Positions 28,747-35,701 of a DNA stretch of 64,000 bases are shown here, piece by piece. Source of the DNA: Myxococcales bacterium (GTDB lineage Bacteria > Myxococcota_A > UBA9160 > UBA4427); assembly GCA_014240165.1 (NCBI GenBank), contig JAAZXM010000017.1, forward strand, positions 2,381 through 66,380, in the 5' to 3' direction. Each line of letters begins with the position of its first letter. Positions within the stretch are counted from its first letter, which is position 1. The translations under genes and the position numbers were made by a program. The notes below the pieces were generated by a model. That model was not told the origin of the DNA. It saw only the letters and a program-made list of their open reading frames with translations, and searched no databases.

Positions 28747-30156
28747 TCATTCGACGGAATACCCGAGTGCTCGAAGCTGGCGCAAGTGCATTTCGTCAAT
28801 TTCTACCTCGGGCGCACCGCCTTCCCATGGTGTTCCCGATTCAAGATGATGCTGGGCCTGTTCCCGAAGTCTCTCCAAATCGTTGGAGTGTGACTCGGCC
28901 AAGTTCCTCACTTCGCCGGGATCGGCGACAATGTCAAAAAGTTGATCCAGGTCTTGGTCGTCCGTGTCGTGGATCAAGCGCAGATTTCCTTCCCGGACGG
29001 CAACGATGGTGGATGGGGCCTCTTCGAGTTTTCCCCAATTTCTGTCCAACTGGGCAAAGCCCAAATCCCGGGCACGAAGCGCTTCCGGCTCCAGATCCTT
29101 CTCTTCATCGAGAAGGAGCGGTAGGCGGGAAATTCCATCGACGTCAGGGGGACCCGAGATCCCTAGCATGTCTAGTACAGTTGGCCAAATGTCGATGTTC
29201 TGAGTCCGGCTGTAGACCACCGCGGGCGGGTTTAGCTTGAAGGGCAGGCTAATGATGAAGGGCGTCAGAACCACCTCCGGATACAGGTCCCGCGCGTGTC
29301 CCTCGCTGCCGTGTTCGCCGAAGGCCTCGCCGTGATCGGACGCCACCACGATGACCGTCTTCTTTGCGAGGTCCATTCGGTACAGCGCCATCAGCAGTTC
29401 GCCGAGCTGGCTGTCGGTCCAAAGTATTGAATTATCATAGGAATCCGAATAGGAGTTCCCGAAAATCGCAGTGTTCTCGGTGGATATATATTGGTGCACG
29501 TCCATCATGTGCAGATAGAGAAACCAGCGCTGGTCGCTGTGGGCTCGAATGAATTCCATGGCAGAGAAGATCACATCGATGTCCGTCCCATCGATTCGGC
29601 CCGCTCGGGCCTTCTGCCTCATATCAGCCGGTGCCTGCTGGCCGCCGGGCGTCTGGTAGATCTCGAACCCCTGGGAGAAGCCGAAATTGGGGGCCACCCA
29701 GCCATTTCTCCAGATGCCCGCGGTGACGTAGCCCGCGTCTGCGAAGAGTTCGGCAGGGGTCTCGGCTTCGTCCGCAAGGGCGTCCACGTGTTGGACGACA
29801 TCGGTGCGGACGGGGTAGAGGCCCGTCCAGAGTGAAGCCATGGAGGATTTTGTCCAGGAAGACTGGGCGCGGTTCTCCGCGAAGCGGATTCCCGTGAGGG
29901 CCAGGTAGTCCAGCGCCGGGCTCGTTTCGCGATCGTAGCCATAGGAGCGGAGGCGATCGGCACGGAGGGTATCGATCAGCACGAACAAGACGTTGATATC
30001 GTCTCGCTCGCGCAACGTTCGGAGGTCCTCCACGGTCCCCGTGGGCCGGTCGTCGGGGTTCTCATCTCCGCCGCCCCAAATCAGGTAGGCCCCCACCAGG
30101 AAGGCCGCAGCGATCAGTAGCCCGACCAAGCCCTGTTTGCCCCGATTTGCCGCCAT
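28747..30156 (-). CDS. Membrane-anchored sulfatase-fold (alkaline-phosphatase superfamily) enzyme, Thr-type
   Basis: N-terminal TM helix. Metal-site motif VLFVLIDTLRADRLRSYGY. The nucleophile region SSWTKSSMASLWTG has Thr where type I sulfatases have the C/S of CxPxR. The start overlaps the upstream stop (TGATG). Confidence 0.85.
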   Translation of the reverse strand: MAANRGKQGLVGLLIAAAFLVGAYLIWGGGDENPDDRPTGTVEDLRTLRERDDINVLFVLIDTLRADRLRSYGYDRETSPALDYLALTGIRFAENRAQSSWTKSSMASLWTGLYPVRTDVVQHVDALADEAETPAELFADAGYVTAGIWRNGWVAPNFGFSQGFEIYQTPGGQQAPADMRQKARAGRIDGTDIDVIFSAMEFIRAHSDQRWFLYLHMMDVHQYISTENTAIFGNSYSDSYDNSILWTDSQLGELLMALYRMDLAKKTVIVVASDHGEAFGEHGSEGHARDLYPEVVLTPFIISLPFKLNPPAVVYSRTQNIDIWPTVLDMLGISGPPDVDGISRLPLLLDEEKDLEPEALRARDLGFAQLDRNWGKLEEAPSTIVAVREGNLRLIHDTDDQDLDQLFDIVADPGEVRNLAESHSNDLERLREQAQHHLESGTPWEGGAPEVEIDEMHLRQLRALGYSVE

Positions 30157-32648
30157 CAGTTCTCCTCGGTCTCGTTGAGTTCGATTGGCTCTTCCTCGGC
30201 CTGCTCCAGTTCGGAGAGTTCGCTCAGGAGGGCACGCGCCGAATCCGCCATGGCGAACGTCTCGTTGGCCGATAGGGCCTCTTCGAGCCGCCGGGTGGCA
30301 TCGGCGTTTCGCCCAATGGCGATCAGGACTCGGCCGAGGTGGTAGAGTGCGGAAGCCGGTTCGGGTTGAAGTGCGATCGCTTGTTGAAACGCCGAGTGCG
30401 CTTCGGGCATCTCACCCCGTTCATATCGAACCAGACCGAGGGTTTCGAACGCGTTGGGTCTGAGGGTGTTGGACATGCGCGCTGCCAGGCGGGCCAGGAC
30501 CAGGGTCTCGGGACCCGTATCGCCGCGTTGCAGGGCAAATTGGGCCAACCACGCCGCGGAGTCCCCATGCCAGGGATAGCGCTCCAGGACTGCCTGCAGG
30601 CGCGTCTCTCCCTCCTCGGCCTGGCCCGCAGCCAGGATTGACACGGCGGCGTTGAAGCCGTGCTCCGCCTTGTCGGGCTCGAGTTCGGCCGCTCGGTCAT
30701 ATTCTGCTGTCGCGCCCTCATGGTCTTCCTGTGAAGTCAGCCAGCGTGCGAGCAGAACCCGTGCCTCGACCAACTCAGGATCGAGCATCACCGCCCGCTG
30801 ATAGGCTGCAGCGGCTTCCTCCCCCCGCTCGGGATCGAGATCAAGCGTCATGCCCAGGGCGACCTCGAGCCGAGCAGATTCAGGATGGCTGGCCTGAGCC
30901 CGCTGGACGCGCTCGAGGGCCGCTTGGGCTTCACCGGCTCCCGTGGTCATCCGGGCCCAGGCGGCGAGCGCGAGGAAGTATTCGGGCGAGTCGATTTCGT
31001 TCTCTGCGTCCAGGAGTTCAAGAGCCTGTTTGGGAACCCGCATGGCCTCCAGCGCCATGGCGTGTTGGGCCAGACCCTGAGCGGGTTTTCCTGCCGCGGC
31101 GTACGCTTGATGTACTCCGGCCAGAACACCGCTCACCCGTGCTGCGACGGCACTTTGGACGATCAGGTCCAGGGCGTCGGTGTCTCCCGGGTTCTTCATC
31201 AGGTAGAGGTTGACGGTGTTGAACGCGCCCTCAGGCGACCCTTGGAGGAGTTGCATCCGGGCCAGCACAATACCGGCGTCGCTCATGGTGGCATCCGACC
31301 GCAAGGAATCCTGGTAGAGACCCGCGGCCTCGTCGAATTCACCGATTCGCATGGCGGCCACTGCGGCCATGTAGCGCGCCCCGGGGTTCGAGGGCCAGAG
31401 TTTGAAGGCCTCGAAGTATTGATCGAGAGCCTTTCGCGGTTGACCCTCGGCGAGGTTCAGACGCGCCTCGATCAGAAGTTTGTGAACAGGTTCGCTTAGG
31501 TGGGGAAGGACGCGCCGCACCTCATCGAAACGCTTCGCCTGAATCAGGATGTCCGCATAGGCGAAGAGTCCGTCCTCGGAGCCCATGGACTGGAGCATCT
31601 CGAACTCTCCCTGCATCAGTCCGTAGCCGACTTCCCCTCCGGTCTGGAGCGCGATGGCGTTGGCGATTGCATCGGCCGCCCGAGGCATGTCATCGATCGA
31701 AACGTAGTGTTCGGCCAACTCCAGCCAGCCTTGCGGTGCTTCCAAGTACTCGGCGGTTCTGAGCAGGACGTCGGTGGCTTCCGCCACCTGGCCGCTTGCA
31801 CGAAGTTGGGCGGCCAGCAGCACCTGGATCATCAGCCGGCCCTTTGCAGCTTTCAGGCTGGCCTGCTCGGTCAGGAGGTCGAGCACCCGGTCGCCCTGGT
31901 TGCTCTGCTCGAGGAATTCGATCATCGGGTAGAGGACTTCCTGGGCGGCAGGAGATTCCGCCAAGCAGGCGTCGAAGGCCGCTCCAGCCGCCTCGGTCTC
32001 ACCCAGCTTATGCTGGTAAAGCGCTGCATTGGCACAGGCGCGGGCCTTCAGCCCGGGAGGGAGGCTCTGATCGGTTTTGACTTTGGCCGAGATCAACTCC
32101 ATGACCTCGCTGGCCTCTTCCAGGCGGCCCAGTTTAAGCAGGATATTGGCCCGGGTTTCCTGTAGAGGGAGGAGATCCGGGGTGGCTTCCAACAAGCGGT
32201 CGAGGTCGGCCAGTGCGGCATCGTGATTCAGGTTGCCCGCGTGAGCACCCGCCCGGAGCCGCAGTAGAACGGGATTGGAGGGGTCCTCTTCGAGGCCCTG
32301 GGTGGCGAGTTCGGCGGCTTCCGAAGGCGCCCCGCCTCGAGCCAGGGCCTCCACCAATGGGATCAGCGCCGTCCCCTCTGCACCTGTTTCTCTAAATGCC
32401 CGCCTGAGTGGCCAGACGGCCAGGCTGGGCTGTCGGTTGCGCAAAAGCGCCAATCCGTACAGCTGTACTAATTCGATGTCGGAAGGGGTTTTTTTGAGCT
32501 CGGCCTGCAGGAAATCCACGGCCGCCTGGAACTGACCGGTTTTGAGGAGTTCTCGGGCGCGGGTATTGGGTTCTTGTCCGCAAGCCGTCAGCAAAAGCTG
32601 GACCAGAAGCAACAGGATCGCGCCGCTCGATCGAAGTAAGCGTCCCAT
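30156..32648 (-). CDS. Large TPR-repeat lipoprotein (PrsT-like, PEP-CTERM-system type)
   Basis: Best start is MGRLLRSSGAILLLLVQLLLTAC (lipobox) at 32648. About 830 aa of TPR repeats. Divergent from a PEP-CTERM gene. The track ORF extends to 32768. Confidence 0.8.
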   Translation of the reverse strand: MGRLLRSSGAILLLLVQLLLTACGQEPNTRARELLKTGQFQAAVDFLQAELKKTPSDIELVQLYGLALLRNRQPSLAVWPLRRAFRETGAEGTALIPLVEALARGGAPSEAAELATQGLEEDPSNPVLLRLRAGAHAGNLNHDAALADLDRLLEATPDLLPLQETRANILLKLGRLEEASEVMELISAKVKTDQSLPPGLKARACANAALYQHKLGETEAAGAAFDACLAESPAAQEVLYPMIEFLEQSNQGDRVLDLLTEQASLKAAKGRLMIQVLLAAQLRASGQVAEATDVLLRTAEYLEAPQGWLELAEHYVSIDDMPRAADAIANAIALQTGGEVGYGLMQGEFEMLQSMGSEDGLFAYADILIQAKRFDEVRRVLPHLSEPVHKLLIEARLNLAEGQPRKALDQYFEAFKLWPSNPGARYMAAVAAMRIGEFDEAAGLYQDSLRSDATMSDAGIVLARMQLLQGSPEGAFNTVNLYLMKNPGDTDALDLIVQSAVAARVSGVLAGVHQAYAAAGKPAQGLAQHAMALEAMRVPKQALELLDAENEIDSPEYFLALAAWARMTTGAGEAQAALERVQRAQASHPESARLEVALGMTLDLDPERGEEAAAAYQRAVMLDPELVEARVLLARWLTSQEDHEGATAEYDRAAELEPDKAEHGFNAAVSILAAGQAEEGETRLQAVLERYPWHGDSAAWLAQFALQRGDTGPETLVLARLAARMSNTLRPNAFETLGLVRYERGEMPEAHSAFQQAIALQPEPASALYHLGRVLIAIGRNADATRRLEEALSANETFAMADSARALLSELSELEQAEEEPIELNETEEN

Positions 32649-33148
32649 CTTCCCCGCGGGGCAAGCTCGTATGAGGTGCCTGGGCTCTTTCAGCATGTCA
32701 TGGACATCGTTCGATCGTCCGGAAGGCGCTCGCTCATTCTTTTCTCTTGCTTTCTTCAAGGAAATCATTGGATAATCATACTCTAGGCAAGTTCAGGGGC
32801 GCTGAGGATGCGACCAAAGCCCCTGATGGGGAAGGAGAAAACGGGTCGGCTTGAAGCTTCGAGTAGGGTCGATCCAAGATCTACCAAATCCAATTTGCGC
32901 CCACGCATTCGCTTTTCGGTCGAGTGCAAATAGCAGAAGCAGTCTGGAAGTGAAACCAGCTTGGCGATCCGAAAGTGAGCCGCCCGGTGGGCGAAAGGCA
33001 GTATCTGTAAAACAGTATCCGTAAAGAACCAGTAACCAATAAAGAACCAAAAGAAAGTGCAGGCTGATCGAGCAAGTACAGCAAGAGCGACAAGCGAAAT
33101 CGCATAATTGCAATTTACTGATAAGCAACGAAACAAGGAGAGGCCGAA

Positions 33149-34534
33149 ATGAAAGCAAGTCATAAATTAGTAGTCAGCTTGGCCGCGTTGGTCGGGTTTA
33201 TGTTCGTCGCCATGACAGGGCCGGCCTTGGCAGGCCCGGTTCAGTACACGTCGGTGCTCAAGTCAGGGTTCGCTGATTCGTACCACGGCAGTGTTTCGAA
33301 TAACGGCCTGCCGGTCTGCGCGCAGGACAATCGGATCTTCCTGCAAATCGCGCCTGGCGTTTTTCTGCCGAACGTGCTGCTCAAGCATGAAACTGGCACG
33401 ATGTATGGCCAGGGTTATGCGTCTCAGGGCGCGGGCACGCACGCGAGTATCATGTTCCCCGCAGCAGAGAAGCTGGCGTCGACTACGGGAACAAATATCG
33501 CGGGTCTGACCAACGTAGGTAACGGCGGCGCGTTCGCGCGTATCCGTGCAACCTGCCAGGTTGTCGCACCTCCGTTCATCAACCCTCGCCTCCGAAGCCG
33601 AACCCAGTTCGCTGGTGGTGGCGGCCCGGGTGTGGCGGGAACCCTCTCGCAGAACAACGGCTTGGACTTCGTTGGCGCATCGCTTTCGGTTCCGATCCCG
33701 TTCTTCCCCCCCGGTGACGGCAAGCAGCAGCTGACGAAGGGCCCCCGGAACTTTGGTGGCGCTCTTCCCGCAGTCACGACCGGCCCCACGATCTACAGCA
33801 GCTGGGTCAGCTCGATGAATCGCGGTCTGGGTAATGGCGTCCAACTCGGCATCAACACGACGATCATTACGCCGACGGCCACCAACCCGGCCACAGCCAT
33901 GGTGCTGAAGACCTTTGGCAAGGTGAACTACGCGGGTGGCTATCTCCCGACCGGCCCGAACAAGGCCGGTGGTGATACCCCGACCCACCGGGCATCGACT
34001 GATCCCCAGGCTCTGCCCACGGGTATGCAGACCACCTTCACGAACTTCTTCGCCTTCCGCACGCCGGGTGGTGCGACGAAGGATCAGCAGGGCTTCATCA
34101 AGACTGTGGGCGGTGGTAACACCAAGGGCACGGGTTATATGTCCTCTGCGGCCATCAACTCGCCCTTCCAGATCCGCATCGCCATTCAGCAGTTGACCAC
34201 GGGCACGGTGCTCCACACGGACATGGTGGGTGACTACCTGACCGTTCGCGGCACCACGGGCGCCGACCTGACGGGTCTTGCGAGCCCCGGCGGCACAACG
34301 CGGCGACTCTCGACGGTTGCTCCGTTCTCCGCGACCATCAACGGGATCGGTCCCTTCGGCCTCAACGCCTTCCTGAGTCTTACGGGCGGCGCATTGGGCT
34401 TCGGTGGTATCGGTCAAAGTACGTATAACTTCGCGCCCGCCCCGGTGCCGGAGCCCGCGAGCATGCTCGCCATTGGCTTTGGAACCATGGCGCTCTTCGG
34501 TCTCCATCGAGTTCGGGAGAATCGTCGGAAGTAG
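33149..34534 (+). CDS. PEP-CTERM sorting-domain secreted protein
   Basis: Strong RBS AAGGAGAGG (33135-33143) and a signal peptide. G/T/S-rich body. C-terminus VPEPASMLAIGFGTMALFGLHRVRENRRK = PEP motif + TM helix + basic tail. Confidence 0.9.
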   Translation: MKASHKLVVSLAALVGFMFVAMTGPALAGPVQYTSVLKSGFADSYHGSVSNNGLPVCAQDNRIFLQIAPGVFLPNVLLKHETGTMYGQGYASQGAGTHASIMFPAAEKLASTTGTNIAGLTNVGNGGAFARIRATCQVVAPPFINPRLRSRTQFAGGGGPGVAGTLSQNNGLDFVGASLSVPIPFFPPGDGKQQLTKGPRNFGGALPAVTTGPTIYSSWVSSMNRGLGNGVQLGINTTIITPTATNPATAMVLKTFGKVNYAGGYLPTGPNKAGGDTPTHRASTDPQALPTGMQTTFTNFFAFRTPGGATKDQQGFIKTVGGGNTKGTGYMSSAAINSPFQIRIAIQQLTTGTVLHTDMVGDYLTVRGTTGADLTGLASPGGTTRRLSTVAPFSATINGIGPFGLNAFLSLTGGALGFGGIGQSTYNFAPAPVPEPASMLAIGFGTMALFGLHRVRENRRK

Positions 34535-34573
34535 AGCCAGCTCCAGAATCAAGGAGCCACTCTGAAGTCAGGA

Positions 34574-34614
34574 GGGGCGGTAGGCCAACGCGGCCTACCG
34601 CCCCTTTCTTGTTT
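34574..34614. terminator. Rho-independent terminator (bidirectional position)
   Basis: Perfect 13-bp stem GGGGCGGTAGGCC/GGCCTACCGCCCC, 5-nt loop, then TTTCTTGTTT. About 40 nt after the PEP-CTERM stop. Confidence 0.85.
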
Positions 34615-34763
34615 CATTTCTTGTTTGATTGCGTGTTTCCCGGTCTGGCGTTCAAGCCTTCCGCCATGCGTAGCGTAGCCGGCATTGATCGGGTGATAGT
34701 TGCGCCGGAACTCGCTCGTTTGCGGATGCCGAACTTGAATGCAGCGCCTTCGCCGTGATCCCT

Positions 34764-35558
34764 TTATGGGCGTACATGTCCCGAAACCGGTGAGCCCAGG
34801 ATTCCGCCCTCGAATTCGTAATCCACCGGCCTGCCGTCCTGGAGGACGGTGATCACTGCGATCTCGCCAGGTCCGATGCTTTCCCTCAGGACGCCCAACT
34901 GATCGACGTCCCATACGCGGACACCGTTGAATCTCAAGATCACATCGCCGGCCCCCAAGCCTTTCTCCCAGGCCGGGCTTTGGTTCGTAACGCTGTGGAG
35001 CGAGACCTCGTTGCCCTTGTTAGCGGCATAGCGCGCCGCTGCGTAGTCGTCTTCCTCGAGCGTCTCGGACAGGTTGCTATACGCCTCGCGCATCAGGAGC
35101 CGCCGGTCCATGTAGAGGCTGCGATCGGGTTCGGCCTGACTGATGCGATCGAGCTCGGCATCCACTTTGCCCATTTCATCATCCCAGGTCTTGCGGACCT
35201 CCTCTGCTTCCCACCGCTTGTAGCCGATCTCTTCCATGCGAGCGATTGCCTTTTCGCGGTCCTCGGCGGAGCCGGAGATCCTGTCTCGCCCCTGGCGCCA
35301 GGGGATCTTCCGCCAAGCATAGGGGTCGGCGGCCTTCTTTGTTTCCTCTTTCTTCTCATCCTCTGCGGTTGCGATAACAGTCGGCTTCTTGACCGCGGGG
35401 ACTGTCGTGGGCGCACGCTCGACGGCCGGGGCTGGGGCATTTTCTGCGGGCTGGGGAACCGGCGAGGCTTCGTCTTGCCCCAGGTTGGCAACGAGCCACG
35501 CGCAGAGTGCCACGCCTGCCACAACGATGAGCCAAATCGCGGGTCGAATCTCCTTCAT
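34764..35558 (-). CDS. Membrane-anchored PDZ-domain protein
   Basis: Start MKEIRPAIWLIVVAGVALCAWLV at 35558 (GGAGGA 9 nt upstream). C-terminal PDZ-like GLGAGDVILRFNGVRVWDVDQLGVLRESIGPGEIAVITVLQDG. Confidence 0.75.
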   Translation of the reverse strand: MKEIRPAIWLIVVAGVALCAWLVANLGQDEASPVPQPAENAPAPAVERAPTTVPAVKKPTVIATAEDEKKEETKKAADPYAWRKIPWRQGRDRISGSAEDREKAIARMEEIGYKRWEAEEVRKTWDDEMGKVDAELDRISQAEPDRSLYMDRRLLMREAYSNLSETLEEDDYAAARYAANKGNEVSLHSVTNQSPAWEKGLGAGDVILRFNGVRVWDVDQLGVLRESIGPGEIAVITVLQDGRPVDYEFEGGILGSPVSGHVRP

Positions 35559-35701
35559 GTGGAGCCTTCCTCCTTTGCCCTTTGCCCCCAAGATATTTGC
35601 CATTCGCGCCCGGGTTCTGACGGTCGAACTTCTGGGTGAGTTCGGAAACACTTGGTTTTTCTGCGTAATCCGGCGTGAGTTATACTATACGGGAAGCTCA
35701 C

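Noticed and set aside
32649-32768. N-terminal 40-codon extension of the TPR protein, and similar extensions of many track ORFs (for example 4194, 12363, 14409, 17418, 18334, 24712, 35651, 42090, 43654, 46056, 54512, 54608)
   Set aside because: The track reports the longest ATG/GTG/TTG ORF. In each case an internal start gives a proper signal peptide, lipobox or prepilin leader, or a conserved N-terminus. These internal starts usually have a better Shine-Dalgarno or a stop/start overlap with the upstream gene.
32850-33000. Possible riboswitch (for example c-di-GMP class) in the leader region of the PEP-CTERM gene
   Set aside because: Some GNRA-like loops (CCGAAAGTG, GGCGAAAGGC) are present. 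I could not build the conserved GEMM helices or motifs by eye, and the segment is far (more than 150 nt) from the start codon. It needs a covariance-model scan.
33263-34552. 429-aa minus-strand ORF
   Set aside because: Antisense to the PEP-CTERM gene, which has an RBS, a signal peptide, a sorting signal and a terminator. The translation is Arg-rich noise.
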